Below are positions 29,443 to 42,247 of a DNA stretch of 64,000 nt, piece by piece; the stretch's first letter is position 1; each line of letters opens with the position of its first letter. Origin of the DNA: an uncultured bacterium. Lineage in GTDB: Bacteria; Nitrospirota; JACRHL01. Position numbers and translations under genes: made by a program. Under the pieces are notes generated by a model. That model ran no database searches and was not told the origin of the DNA. It saw nothing but the letters and a program-made list of their open reading frames with translations. Where the stretch lies: NCBI GenBank assembly GCA_965371175.1, contig CBDUXI010000006.1, forward strand, positions 13,973-77,972, given 5' to 3'.

Positions 29443-30312
29443 CTACTTTCCGTCCTTTGCACAGCGCACCCCGGAGTCGCGGAAGCGGCCCTTGGGGTCG
29501 AAGGCAAAGCGGTAGTTGGCGCGGGACATCTGGCTGATGACCTCGTGCCGGGCGTCCGGGTCAAAGTGGCCCGGCTCGCCGTAGGAGTTGCCCCGGATCA
29601 CCTTGAACTGCAAGGCGTAGTTGTCGCTTTCGTGGGTGCTTTCCGGGTACGACCGGTACCAGCTTTTGGTCCATTCCCAGGCGTTGCCGATCATGTCTTC
29701 CACGCCGTACACGCTTTTCCCCTGGGGAAAACTGCCCACCGGCATCAACCGGCCCAGGCCCCCCCGGGCCACGTTGGCGTAGTCTTCGCTAAAGGTGTCT
29801 CCCCACGGGTACAGGCGGCCGTCGGTGCCGCGGGCGGCCTTTTCCCACTCGGCTTCCGTGGGCAGGCGCTTGCCAAAGTGCTGGCACGACAGATACGCCT
29901 CGTACCAGTTCAGGCCGGTGACCGGGTAGTCGTTCGTGCCTTCCGCCGGGACTTCCCCTTTCCAGCCGCGGGGCACCCCCAGCGGCAGCTCGGTGGCGTT
30001 TAAAAATTGCAGGTACTGGGCGTTGGTCATCTCGTATTTGTCGATGTAGAAGGTGGACAACTCCAGGGTGCGCTTTGGCGTGGCGTCGGAGTACCAGGTG
30101 TACGGCAGGCCGTGTCGGGCGGCCTCGTCGTCGTCCATCCGGTCGGTGCCCATGATGAACGGACCGGCGGGGATCCGCACCATGTCGTGCAGCGGATCGT
30201 CTGCGGGTTTGGAGGTGCTGCCCGAGTGGGCGCAGCCGCCAGTCAGGGTGAGTGCACACACGGCGAGCGTAGCGATTGCACCCGTATAAAATGGTTTCAG
30301 TCGGCCAGTCAT
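29443..30312 (-). CDS. FGE-sulfatase domain lipoprotein, paralog c
   Basis: 'MTGRLKPFYTGAIATLAVCALTLTGGCAHS' lipobox. Motifs 'MTNAQYLQF', 'YPVTGLNWYEAYLSCQHFGKRLPTEAEWEKAARG' and 'GNAWEWTKSWY'. The ATG abuts the ubiD stop (TAAATG). Confidence 0.8.
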   Translation of the reverse strand: MTGRLKPFYTGAIATLAVCALTLTGGCAHSGSTSKPADDPLHDMVRIPAGPFIMGTDRMDDDEAARHGLPYTWYSDATPKRTLELSTFYIDKYEMTNAQYLQFLNATELPLGVPRGWKGEVPAEGTNDYPVTGLNWYEAYLSCQHFGKRLPTEAEWEKAARGTDGRLYPWGDTFSEDYANVARGGLGRLMPVGSFPQGKSVYGVEDMIGNAWEWTKSWYRSYPESTHESDNYALQFKVIRGNSYGEPGHFDPDARHEVISQMSRANYRFAFDPKGRFRDSGVRCAKDGK

Positions 30313-31770
30313 TTAGAGTCCGTATTCCTTCCAGCGTTGGGTGACCCGTTCCACCACCTCCGGGTCCATTTCAATCGGGCGGCCCCACTCCCGGTGGGTT
30401 TCGGGGGTCATTTTGTCGGTGGCGTCCATGCCCATTTTACTGCCCAGCCCGGATTCGGGGGAGGCAAAATCCAGATAGTCGATGGGGGTGTTTTCCACCA
30501 GCACCGTGTCGCGGGCCGGGTCCATGCGGGTAGAGATGGCCCAGATCACGTCGTTCCAGTTCCTCACGTCGATATCCTCGTCCACCACCACGATAAACTT
30601 GGTGTACATGAACTGGCGCAAAAAACTCCACAGGCCGAACATGATGCGCTTGGCGTGGCCGGGGTACTGCTTTTTGATGGAGATGATCGCCATGCGGTAG
30701 CTGCACGCCTCCATCGGCAGGTGCAGATCGACCACTTCGGGAAACTGCTGTTTGAGCAGCGGCACGAACACGTCGTTGAGCGCCAGCCCCAGCATGGCCG
30801 GTTCGTCCGGCGGACGGCCGGTGTAGGTGCTCATGTAGATGGGGTTCTTGCGGTGGGTGATGGCAGTGGCGGTAAACACCGGAAATTTTTCCACCTGGTT
30901 GTAATAACCGGTGTGGTCGCCGTACGGCCCTTCATCGGCATAGTCGGAAAGCGATACGTGCCCTTCAATCACAATCTCCGCCGTGGCGGGCACTTGCAGC
31001 GGGATGGTTTTGCAGTCGGTCACCTCGATCTTTTTACCCCGCAAGAGCCCGGCAAAATGGTATTCCGACAGGGAGTCGGGCACCGGGGTGACGGCGGCGA
31101 TGGTGGTGGCCGGTTCGCAGCCGATGGCGATGGCCACGGGGATCGGGTCTTTGTGCTTTTCGGCCCAGTTTTTGTGATCCAGCGCCCCGCCCCGATGGGC
31201 CAGCCAGCGCATGATGGCGCGTTTTTCATCCAGCACCTGCATGCGGTAGATGCCCAGGTTCACCCGGCCCCCGTCGGCCCCCCGGGTAATCACCAGCGGC
31301 CAGGTAATCAGCGGCGCGGGTTCTCCCGGCCAGCAGCCCATGACCGGCAGTTTGGTCAAATCGACCTTGTCTGCCTTGATCACCACTTGCTGACATGCCG
31401 CCCGCGAGACGGACTTGGGCGGCATGTTGAGCATGTGCTTGATCAGCGGCAGCTTGCCCATGGCATCTTTCATGCCTTTGGGCGGCTCCGGCTGCTTGAG
31501 CGAGGCGAGTAGTTCGCCCACATCGCGCAGGCCGCCCGGTTTGGTTTCCAGGCCCCGCTCCACCCGCTCCACGGTGCCAAACAGGTTGGTCAGTACCGGC
31601 CAGTCGTACCCTTTGGGATTTTCGAACAGCAGGGCGGGGCCGCCTTCGGCCAGCACCCGGCGGCTGATTTCGGTCATCTCCAGATGCGGGTCCACGGGGG
31701 CGGTAATGCGTTTTAACTGCCCGTCGGCCTCCAGGGCGGAGATGAATTCGCGCAGATCGGAAAACGGCAT
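30313..31770 (-). CDS. ubiD: UbiD-family decarboxylase (4-hydroxy-3-polyprenylbenzoate decarboxylase)
   Basis: '[40 protein letters not shown]' and full-length UbiD homology. Start placed at MPFSDL (the ORF extends to 32013). Overlaps the ubiA stop (TGATG). Confidence 0.9.
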   Translation of the reverse strand: MPFSDLREFISALEADGQLKRITAPVDPHLEMTEISRRVLAEGGPALLFENPKGYDWPVLTNLFGTVERVERGLETKPGGLRDVGELLASLKQPEPPKGMKDAMGKLPLIKHMLNMPPKSVSRAACQQVVIKADKVDLTKLPVMGCWPGEPAPLITWPLVITRGADGGRVNLGIYRMQVLDEKRAIMRWLAHRGGALDHKNWAEKHKDPIPVAIAIGCEPATTIAAVTPVPDSLSEYHFAGLLRGKKIEVTDCKTIPLQVPATAEIVIEGHVSLSDYADEGPYGDHTGYYNQVEKFPVFTATAITHRKNPIYMSTYTGRPPDEPAMLGLALNDVFVPLLKQQFPEVVDLHLPMEACSYRMAIISIKKQYPGHAKRIMFGLWSFLRQFMYTKFIVVVDEDIDVRNWNDVIWAISTRMDPARDTVLVENTPIDYLDFASPESGLGSKMGMDATDKMTPETHREWGRPIEMDPEVVERVTQRWKEYGL

Positions 31771-32681
31771 CAGACGGCCCTTATCAACGGGGTGATCAAC
31801 ATGGCCAGCAAAATCACGGCCCCGGCGGGCACATGGGCACGAAATAAAGCAAACGCCTGTGCGCGGCTGAGCCCTGCCTTTACCTGTATGCCCTGACGGA
31901 TAAAGTAAATGCCCGCCGCCGCCACCACGGTTAAATAAAGCGGTCCCATGCCTTCGCGCGCGCCCGCCATGGCCAGCAGCAGGCAGGTGACCAGCAGGCA
32001 GCCGATGATCCACGCCCAGGCGGCGGACCCGAACAGGATGGCGGACGACTTCACCCCCACTTTTTTATCGTCTTCCATATCCTGAATGGCGTAGATGGTG
32101 TCGTAGGCCACGGCCCAGAAAATGGTGGCGGCAAACAGCAGGGCGGGGGTGAGGGCCAGTTCATTTTTGACCGCTGCCCATGCCATGAACGCGCCCCAGC
32201 CGAAGGCCATACCCAGAAACGCCTGGGGAATGGACACAAACCGCTTGGTAAACGGATACAGCACCGCCAGCCCCAGCCCGCAGGCGGCCAGCACAATCGT
32301 GAGCCGGTTTAAGTGCGCGATCAGCAGCACGGAAATTCCCACCAGCACGGCAAAGGCAAACAGCGCCACGGGCACGGACAGGCGGCCGGACGCCAGCGGG
32401 CGCAGACGGGTGCGGGAAACCAGCGGGTCAATCTTGCGGTCGGCCACGTCGTTGATGATGCAGCCTGCACTGCGCATCAAAAAAGCACCCACGGTAAAAA
32501 TAATCAATAAACGTGGATCGGGCCGCCCGCCGCCCGCAAGGGTCAGCGCCCACAGAGACGGGATCAACAGCAAAAAAGTGCCCCACGGGTTTTTGACCCG
32601 CATCAGGTCAAGCAGGGCGGATACGGTTTTCCGAATGCCGTGGGCCGAGCCTGGGTCCGAAGTGTCGAGTGAGCTATTCAA
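31770..32681 (-). CDS. ubiA: 4-hydroxybenzoate polyprenyltransferase
   Basis: UbiA-family '[27 protein letters not shown]' (NDxxDRxxD) motif. Eight or more TM helices. Confidence 0.9.
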   Translation of the reverse strand: MNSSLDTSDPGSAHGIRKTVSALLDLMRVKNPWGTFLLLIPSLWALTLAGGGRPDPRLLIIFTVGAFLMRSAGCIINDVADRKIDPLVSRTRLRPLASGRLSVPVALFAFAVLVGISVLLIAHLNRLTIVLAACGLGLAVLYPFTKRFVSIPQAFLGMAFGWGAFMAWAAVKNELALTPALLFAATIFWAVAYDTIYAIQDMEDDKKVGVKSSAILFGSAAWAWIIGCLLVTCLLLAMAGAREGMGPLYLTVVAAAGIYFIRQGIQVKAGLSRAQAFALFRAHVPAGAVILLAMLITPLIRAV

Positions 32682-32933
32682 GATCTATTACTATACAGTG
32701 TGCAGGCCGTGCGATGGTACGGTCCGGGCGGCGCTACAGTCAACTTTCAGCCCGCGCTGGAACGGCTGTGGGCACGGCTGTCCGGCCCGTTTTCCGGCGC
32801 TTTGGGCGGCACCGGAAAACGAATCGGTTTTCGACGGTTACGAACGCCAGGTTTTGTGGTAAAATTCTGTCTCCTTAAGCGTTGTATTGTCCGGTCATGA
32901 GGGGTGACCGAAAGGCTGTAGTGGGGCCGGGCG

Positions 32934-33692
32934 TTGCGCCCGTCCTGTTTGTTCCGTTACTCACCAAAACGACACGATCTGAGCCAACCCTTGACCATCG
33001 GCGTTGTTGTCTTTCCCGGGTCCAATTGCGACCACGATGTGCACCATGTGGCTGCCACCGTGCTGGGCGCGGATGTGCGTATGCTGTGGCACAAGGAAAC
33101 CGATGTTTCCGGCCTGTCCGCCATCGTCCTTCCCGGTGGTTTTTCCTACGGTGATTATTTGCGCTCCGGGGCCATGGCCAAGGTGTCGCCCATCATGAGC
33201 GAGGTCAAACGGTTCGCCGACGCAGGCCGCCCGGTGCTGGGCATCTGTAACGGCTTTCAGATACTGGTAGAGGCGCGCATCCTGCCGGGGGCGCTGGTGC
33301 GTAACCGGGATCAGCGCTTCATCTGCAGAGGCGTGTCGCTCACGGTGGAAACCACCCACTCGCCATATACCGCAAGCTACAAAAAAGGGCAGGTGGTCCA
33401 CTATCCCATCGCCCACGCCGACGGCAACTACGAGGCGTCCGCAGACACCCTGAAGCGGTTGGAAGATGACGACCGGGTGGCCTTTCGCTATGCCGATGCG
33501 AACGGCCAGGTGACCGAGGCGGCCAATCCCAACGGTTCGATGAACAACATTGCAGGAATATTGAACGCCGGGCGCAACGTGCTGGGGCTGATGCCCCACC
33601 CGGAGCGAAACGCCGAGGCCGAACTGGGCGATGCCTCCGGGCTGCCGCTGTTCTCGGCATTGCTTGCCCACCTTGAGGGATCAAGCACATGA
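32934..33692 (+). CDS. purQ: Phosphoribosylformylglycinamidine synthase subunit PurQ (glutaminase)
   Basis: '[14 protein letters not shown]' and 'GICNGFQ' with a catalytic Cys. Start uncertain: ATG at 32934 or TTG at about 32991. Confidence 0.85.
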   Translation: MRPSCLFRYSPKRHDLSQPLTIGVVVFPGSNCDHDVHHVAATVLGADVRMLWHKETDVSGLSAIVLPGGFSYGDYLRSGAMAKVSPIMSEVKRFADAGRPVLGICNGFQILVEARILPGALVRNRDQRFICRGVSLTVETTHSPYTASYKKGQVVHYPIAHADGNYEASADTLKRLEDDDRVAFRYADANGQVTEAANPNGSMNNIAGILNAGRNVLGLMPHPERNAEAELGDASGLPLFSALLAHLEGSST

Positions 33693-35925
33693 CCCAGCGC
33701 ATGGCCCAACCCGATGTGACCCCGGCGCTTGCCGCCGAACACGGCCTGAGCCCGGACGAGTACGAAAAGGCCAAAAAAATCGTCGGTGGACGGGAACTTT
33801 CCTGGACCGAACTGGGCATTTTTTCGGTCATGTGGAGCGAGCACTGCTCCTACAAAAGCTCCCGCATCCATCTGGGCCGTCTGCCCACGGAAGGCCCGCA
33901 AGTGGTGCAGGGACCGGGGGAAAACGCCGGGGCGGTGGATATTGGCGACGGCCTGTGCGCGGTGTTCAAGATGGAATCCCACAACCACCCGTCGTTTATC
34001 GAGCCGTTTCAGGGGGCCACCACCGGCGTGGGCGGCATTTTGCGCGATGTGTTCACCATGGGCGCGCGCCCCGTGGCGCTGCTCAACTCCCTGCGCTTCG
34101 GCCCGCTCACCCGTCCGAAAAACAAATATCTGCTCACCCAGGTGGTGGCCGGGATCGCCCATTACGGCAACTGCATGGGGGTGCCCACCGTGGGCGGCGA
34201 GGTGTTCTTTAACGACACCTACAACCAGAACAATCTGGTCAACGCCATGTGCGTGGGCATTGCCCGGTCGGACCGGCTGTTCTTGGGCGAGGCCAAAGGG
34301 GTGGGCAATCCGGTGATGTATGTGGGGGCCAAAACCGGGCGCGACGGCATCCACGGGGCTACCATGGCCAGCGAAGAGTTTGGCGAAAACGAGGAAAAAC
34401 GGCCCACCGTGCAGGTGGGGGATCCGTTCACCGAAAAGCTGCTGCTGGAAGCCTGTCTGGAGTTGATGGCGGAAGATTACGTGGAAGGCATTCAGGACAT
34501 GGGCGCGGCAGGGCTAACCAGCTCTTCCTGCGAAATGGCCAGCCGCGCGGGCACCGGGGTGGAATTGGATCTGGATAAAATTCCGTGCCGGGAAGAAGGC
34601 ATGGTGCCGTACGAGATGATGCTGTCCGAAAGCCAGGAGCGCATGCTGCTGGTGGCCAAGCCCGGCACCGAAGAAAAGGTGCAGGCCATTTTTGAAAAAT
34701 GGGATCTGGAAGCCGCCGTGGTGGGCCGGGTGACCGACGACGGCAACCTGCGGCTACTGTTTGAAGGCAACACAGTGGCCGAAATTCCGGCTCAGAAACT
34801 GGCCGACGAGGCCCCCAAATATGATCGCCCCGCCGCCGTGCCCGAATACATCGAAATGGTGCGCGGGCTGGACGGCAACGCCATTGCCGAACCGGACGAT
34901 TACAACGAAGTGCTGATCACCCTCATGGGCACCCCCACCATCGCCAGCAAGGAATGGATTTACGACCAGTACGATCACATGGTGCGCACCAACACGGTGG
35001 TGTTGCCCGGCTCCGATGCGGCGGTGTTGCGCATCAAAGGCACGGATCGGTATCTGGCCATGTCGGTGGATTGCAACAGCCGCTACTGTATGCTGGACCC
35101 GTATACCGGCGGCGCCGTGGCCGTGGCCGAATCGGCCCGTAACGTGGTGGCCAGCGGGGCGCGTCCCCTGGGGATCACCGATTGCCTGAACTTCGGCAAC
35201 CCGGAACGGCCCGAAATCATGTGGCAGTTCGCCTCGGCCATCGACGGCATTGCCGATGCCTCGAAGGCGCTGGACGCCCCGGTGGTTTCGGGCAACGTGT
35301 CGTTCTATAACGAAACCATGGGCATGGGCATCTATCCCACCCCCACCATCGGCATGGTGGGCCTGATCGAAAACGGCAGAGTGCCGGTGCAAACGGCGTT
35401 TGCCGACGAAGGTGACCTGATCGTACTGATCGGCAACTCCGACGACGACATCGGCGGTTCCGAATACCTGGCCGTATGGCACAGCAGGGAACAGGGCATT
35501 CCGCCCCAGCTGGATCTGGAAATGGCCCGCAAGATCAACGATGCGGTGCTAAGCTTAATGGACACCGGCTGTGTAAAAAGCTGCCACGACACCGCCGAAG
35601 GGGGGCTGGCCGTGGCCCTGTCCGAATGCTCGGTGGCGGGGAATATCGGCTGCAAGGTGGGTCTTGAAACGAACGGCATGCGCATCGACGGGACGCTGTT
35701 TGGCGAAAGCCAGTCGCGCTTCGTACTGACCGTGGCCGAAGCCAACCGTGACGTGATGGAAAGCACCCTGACCGAACAGGGTGTACCGTTTACGCAGATC
35801 GGTTGGGTGACGGGCGATCGGGTGCAGATTGGCGTCGACAGAAAACTGACCATCGATGTGCCCGTGGCCGACGTGGCCGACGCCTACAACAACGGCCTGA
35901 CCCGGGCGCTGGAGAAAAAATCGGC

Positions 35926-35929
<4 letters not shown>
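33689..35929 (+). CDS. purL: Phosphoribosylformylglycinamidine synthase subunit PurL (small form)
   Basis: 746 aa with full PurL homology ('GAVDIGDG', '[23 protein letters not shown]'). ATGA overlap with the purQ stop. Confidence 0.95.
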
Positions 35930-37377
<1,448 letters not shown>

Positions 37378-37408
37378 GCGGGATGGGCCGCTTCGGAACG
37401 GTTTTTTC

Positions 37409-38437
37409 GTGAACGATAGCGCCGCCATACTGGCAAAAAAACGACAGGCGTTGATGGCGCGGCTGGAGGCGTTGTCTTCCTCCCCCCATGCGGATTTGCT
37501 GAACGGTCTGCTCGATAGCGTCTGCCGTTTTTTTGAGGGCGGTTCCGACCGGCGCGATGTAAAAATGGCCCATGTGGCCCTGCGGGAATCGCGCATGGCG
37601 CTGGAGGTGTTTGCCGCCTACCGGCATGTGCCCAAGATCACCGTGTTCGGCTCGGCCCGCACCAAGCCGGAAGAGCCGGTCTATCAGATGGCCGAGGCAT
37701 TCTGCCGTCAGATCGTCAGCCGTGGCTTTATGGTGATGACCGGTGCCGGGGGCGGCATTATGGAGGCAGCCAACAAGGGGGCCGGGCGCGAAAAAAGTTT
37801 CGGCCTCAATATCGAACTGCCGTTTGAGCAGAGTGCCAACGAGTTTATTGACGGCGATCCCAAGTTGATCGATTTTCGCTTCTTCTTTACCCGCAAGCTG
37901 TTCTTCATCAAGGAGGCCAACGCCATGGCGCTGTTCCCCGGCGGGTTCGGCACCCTGGATGAAGGGTTCGAGGCGCTCACCCTGATCCAGACCGGCAAGA
38001 GCACCCCCAAGCCGATTGTGATGCTGGAGCAGGAAGGCAGCACCTACTGGGAAGAGTGGCTGGACTACAACATCGACCACCTGCTGGCCCGTGGGCTGAT
38101 CCACGAAAACGATATGACCCTGTTTCGCATCTGCCACAAGGTGGAGGATGCCATCGATGAGATCACCCGGTTCTTCCGTGTATTCCATTCCGCCTACCGC
38201 ACCCGCGAGGGGGTGGCCATCTGGCTGTGGCGCAAGCTGGAAGAGGAGGAACTAGAGCAACTGAACAGCAGCTTCGCCAAGATGCTGGGAGACAGTGGCC
38301 GCATCACCCAGCTGTCGATCCCCCACCGGCAGGTGACGGACACGGAGCCGGACGACCTGTCGTGTCTGGACGTGTCCATGGACCACCGCCAGCAGGGCCG
38401 CCTGCGGCAGTTTATCGACGCCATCAACTCGCTGTAG
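37409..38437 (+). CDS. LOG-family (TIGR00730) Rossmann-fold nucleotide-binding protein
   Basis: 'VFGSARTKPEEPVY', 'MTGAGGGIMEAANKGA' and 'LFPGGFGTLDEGFE' (PGGxGTxxE) LOG signature, with an extended C-terminus. Confidence 0.8.
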   Translation: MNDSAAILAKKRQALMARLEALSSSPHADLLNGLLDSVCRFFEGGSDRRDVKMAHVALRESRMALEVFAAYRHVPKITVFGSARTKPEEPVYQMAEAFCRQIVSRGFMVMTGAGGGIMEAANKGAGREKSFGLNIELPFEQSANEFIDGDPKLIDFRFFFTRKLFFIKEANAMALFPGGFGTLDEGFEALTLIQTGKSTPKPIVMLEQEGSTYWEEWLDYNIDHLLARGLIHENDMTLFRICHKVEDAIDEITRFFRVFHSAYRTREGVAIWLWRKLEEEELEQLNSSFAKMLGDSGRITQLSIPHRQVTDTEPDDLSCLDVSMDHRQQGRLRQFIDAINSL

Positions 38438-38444
38438 CCACACG

Positions 38445-39086
38445 ATGGCGCGGGAAAGCCAGCGGGCCAAAAAAGAGCGGGTCGCACGCATTCTTGCCGT
38501 GCTGGCCGAAACCTACCCGGACGCCGAATGCGCCCTGGATTACAAAAATCCGTTTGAACTGCTGATCGCCACCATCCTGAGTGCCCAGTGCACCGACAAG
38601 CGGGTGAACATGGTGACTCCGCCCCTGTTTAAAGCGTTCCCCACCCCGGAGGCGATGGCGGCGGCGGACGATGGCGACCTGATCGAGCTGATCCGCTCCA
38701 CCGGCTTTTTTAACAACAAGGCGAAAAATATTCTCGCCTGTGCGCGGGACATCGTCATCCACCACAACGGCCAGGTGCCGGACAATCTGGATGCGCTGGT
38801 GAAGCTTGCCGGGGTGGGCAGAAAAACCGCCAACGTGGTGCTGGGCAACGCCTTTAACGTGCCCGGCATCACCGTGGACACGCACCTGGGGCGTATTTCC
38901 CGGCGGCTGGGGCTGACCACTCACGAAGATGCGGTGAAGGTGGAGTTCGATTTAATGAAGCTGGTCCCCAAAGACCAATGGACGCTCTTCTCCCACCGCA
39001 TGATTCACCATGGCCGGGCGATCTGCGCGGCCAGAAAGCCGAAGTGCGAAGTGTGCCCCCTGTCGCCCGACTGCCCCGCCGCCTGA
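38445..39086 (+). CDS. nth: Endonuclease III
   Basis: HhH-GPD domain ('LVKLAGVGRKTANVVL'). C-terminal 4Fe-4S motif 'CAARKPKCEVCPLSPDC'. Confidence 0.9.
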   Translation: MARESQRAKKERVARILAVLAETYPDAECALDYKNPFELLIATILSAQCTDKRVNMVTPPLFKAFPTPEAMAAADDGDLIELIRSTGFFNNKAKNILACARDIVIHHNGQVPDNLDALVKLAGVGRKTANVVLGNAFNVPGITVDTHLGRISRRLGLTTHEDAVKVEFDLMKLVPKDQWTLFSHRMIHHGRAICAARKPKCEVCPLSPDCPAA

Positions 39087-39175
39087 TTCCGATTGCCCAA
39101 GGCCCACCGTGGCGCTACGTTTGAAGTAGAGCCGGTGCCCAAGTGGGTGGGTGCCCGCAAGCCAAGGGGGGGCGT

Positions 39176-39379
39176 ATGAAAACCGAAACCGGAAAACATG
39201 AACCGTATATCCGCCAGACTGCGGCGGGGCCGTATGTCACGTGCCGGTCGTGTAACGGCAAGGGCGGCGATCACATCATCCGTTGCCACGAGTGCCTGGG
39301 GGTGGGCTTTTTGCCCGCATCCGTCTATGCAGAGATGGACCGGGCAAGGCCGCAAAAAAAGCCGCCCCGGGCGGCCTGA
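39176..39379 (+). CDS. Small hypothetical zinc-ribbon protein
   Basis: 67 aa with 'CRSCNGKGG...CHECLG' (two CxxC pairs). GGGGGG RBS before the ATG. Confidence 0.4.
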   Translation: MKTETGKHEPYIRQTAAGPYVTCRSCNGKGGDHIIRCHECLGVGFLPASVYAEMDRARPQKKPPRAA

Positions 39380-39523
39380 AACCAAAAGCGATCCGCGGCG
39401 GTAAAAAAAGCCGTCACACGATCTTTCTAAAGGGACCGCCCCGTGGTGCCGACAGGGGAGGACGCGGTGCGCTCGTACAACGCGCGCGCCCGTTCCTTTT
39501 TTTTGTTCACACGGAGGTTTCCC

Positions 39524-40132
39524 ATGGACGGTATCAGCATTACCCTCATCGCCATTTTAGTGGCGGTTGTGGTGGCGATTATTCTGGTGATCGGCATCTA
39601 CAACCGGCTGGTTTCCCTGAAAAATCGCTACACCAACGCGTTTGCCCAGATCGAGGTGCAACTCAAGCGTCGCTACGACCTGATTCCCAACCTGGTAAAA
39701 ACGGTCGAACGCTACCTGAAGCACGAGCAGGAAACCCTTACCGCCGTCATTGAGGCCAGAAATCAGGCCATGGCGGGCCTGAAGGGTGCCGCCGCCGATC
39801 CCGGAAGCGCCGCGGCCATGCAGACGCTGGCGGGTGCCGAAGGGGGGCTTGCCGGCGCCCTGGGACGCCTGAATATGGTGATGGAGGACTATCCGGAACT
39901 GAAGGCCAACGAGAACATGTCGGAGCTTTCGGAAGAGCTGACCAGCACCGAAAACAAGGTGTCGTTCGCCCGCCAGGCGTTCAACGATCTGGTGATGGGC
40001 TACAACACCTACAAGCAGTCGTTCCCGCAGATCGTTTTTGCCGGTATGTTTGGTCACGGCAGCGACGCCACCCTGCTGGAGTTTGCCGACAGCGCGCAGA
40101 TCCAGGCCGCTCCGGAAGTGGCGTTCGGCTAA
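39524..40132 (+). CDS. lemA: LemA family protein
   Basis: N-terminal TM helix, then 'YNRLVSLKNRYTNAFAQIEVQLKRRYDLIPNLV' LemA signature. ACGGAGG RBS. Confidence 0.85.
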   Translation: MDGISITLIAILVAVVVAIILVIGIYNRLVSLKNRYTNAFAQIEVQLKRRYDLIPNLVKTVERYLKHEQETLTAVIEARNQAMAGLKGAAADPGSAAAMQTLAGAEGGLAGALGRLNMVMEDYPELKANENMSELSEELTSTENKVSFARQAFNDLVMGYNTYKQSFPQIVFAGMFGHGSDATLLEFADSAQIQAAPEVAFG

Positions 40133-40162
40133 CGCCCGAAGCCATACAAAGCGACTCGGCCC

Positions 40163-42112
40163 ATGGATTTTTTTGAGGCCCAGGACGACGCCCACAAAAG
40201 TACCCGCGTCCTGATTTTCCTGTTTGCCCTGGCGGTGGTGACGCTGGTGGCGCTTGCCAATCTGCTGGTGGTGGCGGTAACCGCTGTCTCTGCCCACGGG
40301 TTCGAGGCGGGCTGGGTGCGCCTGCCCGATGCGTTCGACCCATGGACCGCCCTGAGCGTGAGCGTGGGGATGCTGGCGATTGTCTTTATTTCCAGCATGT
40401 ACAAGCTGGGCAGCCTGAACGGCGGCGGGCGGGTGGTGGCCGAGGCGCTGGGGGGCAAGCTCATCCCGCTGAACACCCCCGATCCGGACCGTAAACGGCT
40501 GCTGAACGTGGTGGCCGAAATGGCCATCGCCTCCGGCACCCCGGTGCCACCGGTGTACGAACTGCCGGGGGAAGGCTCCATCAACGCATTTGCCGCCGGG
40601 CTGACACCGTCCGATGCGGTGATCGGCGTCACCCGTGGCACCATCCGCGAACTGGACCGGGACCAGTTGCAGGGGGTGATGGCCCACGAGTTTTCCCACA
40701 TACTAAACGGCGACATGCGGCTGAACACCCGCATCTCCGGGGTGATTTACGGCATCATGGTCATCGGGCTGATCGGCCAGTATATGGTGCGCTTTCTGCG
40801 CTACGGCGGCGGACGCAAGGTGCGCACCGGGAAGTTCACCCTGCCGCTGTTTGCCGTGGGCGCGGGGCTGTCCCTTATTGGCTACGGCGGCACCGTGTTC
40901 GGGCGCATGATCCAGTCGGCGGTCAGCCGCCAGCGGGAATACCTGGCCGATGCGTCGGCGGTGCAGTTCACCCGCAATCCGCAAGGCATCTCCGGCGCCC
41001 TCAAACGCATTGGCGGGTTGCCCGCCCGGAGGTTGATGCTGAGTCCGGCGGCACCGGAGTTCAGCCATTCCTACTTCACCTCCGGGGTGCCCCCGCTGAT
41101 GGGTTTTTTGATGGCCACCCATCCCCCCCTGAAAGAGCGCATACGCCGGATCGATCCCAACTGGAACGGCAAGTTCGATACCCGTCCCGCGAAAGTTTCG
41201 AAGTCCGGGACCAAATCGGCTGATCCGGGGCTGGCGCACAAGCAGCGGAAAAAGGAAATGCTGACGGGCCAGGTCACCACAGCGGTGATCCTGGGGGCCG
41301 CCCTGCCGCAGGTGGGGCATGTCACCCGGGACGGCATCGTCGATGCCCGGTCCATTATCGAGCGCATCGGCGAGCCGGTCCGCGCCGCCTGTGAGGAGCC
41401 GTACGGCGCACGGGCGGTGATCTATCTGCTGGTCACCAGCGCCGATCAGGCGGAGCGGGAACGGCAGTTTGGTTACCTGGACGCCTATGGCGATGACGGC
41501 ATCGGCAGGCTGGCCCGCCGCCTCCACGGGCCGGTGAGCCAACTGGATCGGGCGCTGTTTCTGCCGGTGGTGGATCTGGCCATGCCCGCCTTGCGGCAGC
41601 TTTCGCCGGACCAGTACACCCGGTTCCAGGAAAACCTGGATGCGCTGGTGCACATGGACGAGCACATCACCCTGTTTGAGTGGGCGCTCACCCGGGTGCT
41701 GACCCACCACCTGAGCGGGGCGTACGGGAACGGGCGCCGGAGTGGGCGCCAGAATATACACATTGCCCGGGAGCGGCACGCTTGCGAGCTGTTGCTATCG
41801 GCCCTGGCCCACGCCAGCGTGGCGGGAGAAAACCGGGACCCCCGGGCTGCCTTCGATGCCGCGCTGAAATATCTGCAAATTCCGGGCGTGACCCTGCGTG
41901 CCGAGGATAGCGTGGGCTACGAACAGCTTGATCTGGCGCTTACGCGGCTTATCCAACTGGGGCCGCTGCACAAACGGCGTCTGTTCAAGGCGTGTGTCGG
42001 CTGTATCGAAGCCGACGGCGTGGTGGCCATCCACCAATATGAGGTGATGCGCGCCATCGCCAGCGCGCTGGACTGCCCCATGCCACCGGGGGTCACCCTT
42101 CCCGGCCAGTGA
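40163..42112 (+). CDS. M48-family zinc metallopeptidase (HtpX-like) with a long C-terminal extension
   Basis: N-terminal TM helices. 'MAHEFSHILNGD' HExxH motif and downstream 'EYLADAS'. About 300 extra C-terminal residues. Immediately follows lemA. Confidence 0.8.
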   Translation: MDFFEAQDDAHKSTRVLIFLFALAVVTLVALANLLVVAVTAVSAHGFEAGWVRLPDAFDPWTALSVSVGMLAIVFISSMYKLGSLNGGGRVVAEALGGKLIPLNTPDPDRKRLLNVVAEMAIASGTPVPPVYELPGEGSINAFAAGLTPSDAVIGVTRGTIRELDRDQLQGVMAHEFSHILNGDMRLNTRISGVIYGIMVIGLIGQYMVRFLRYGGGRKVRTGKFTLPLFAVGAGLSLIGYGGTVFGRMIQSAVSRQREYLADASAVQFTRNPQGISGALKRIGGLPARRLMLSPAAPEFSHSYFTSGVPPLMGFLMATHPPLKERIRRIDPNWNGKFDTRPAKVSKSGTKSADPGLAHKQRKKEMLTGQVTTAVILGAALPQVGHVTRDGIVDARSIIERIGEPVRAACEEPYGARAVIYLLVTSADQAERERQFGYLDAYGDDGIGRLARRLHGPVSQLDRALFLPVVDLAMPALRQLSPDQYTRFQENLDALVHMDEHITLFEWALTRVLTHHLSGAYGNGRRSGRQNIHIARERHACELLLSALAHASVAGENRDPRAAFDAALKYLQIPGVTLRAEDSVGYEQLDLALTRLIQLGPLHKRRLFKACVGCIEADGVVAIHQYEVMRAIASALDCPMPPGVTLPGQ

Positions 42113-42247
42113 TACGCCCGCTCAGGGAGTTGTGAACGTTGTTCAATTAATGTCTGCAAACACGGCTGGCGGGCTGGTGTGCCGGAAGAGTCAGGCGGTT
42201 TACCGGCAGGACGGAGCCGGGGGGGATGTGGGAGCAGGCGGGGGCGT

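Noticed and set aside
27445-31512. Plus-strand ORFs (314, 313, 242 and 501 aa) antisense to the FGE paralogs and ubiD
   Set aside because: Repetitive Gly/Arg/His-rich antisense translations. The minus-strand genes carry complete FGE and UbiD signatures.
32682-32990. Possible ZTP (pfl) or other purine-related riboswitch upstream of purQ
   Set aside because: The spacer has GC-rich hairpins but lacks the conserved ZTP core and pseudoknot motifs (GGGUCGUGAC...CCGGG...CGCCUGGGCA). I could not support it by sequence alone.
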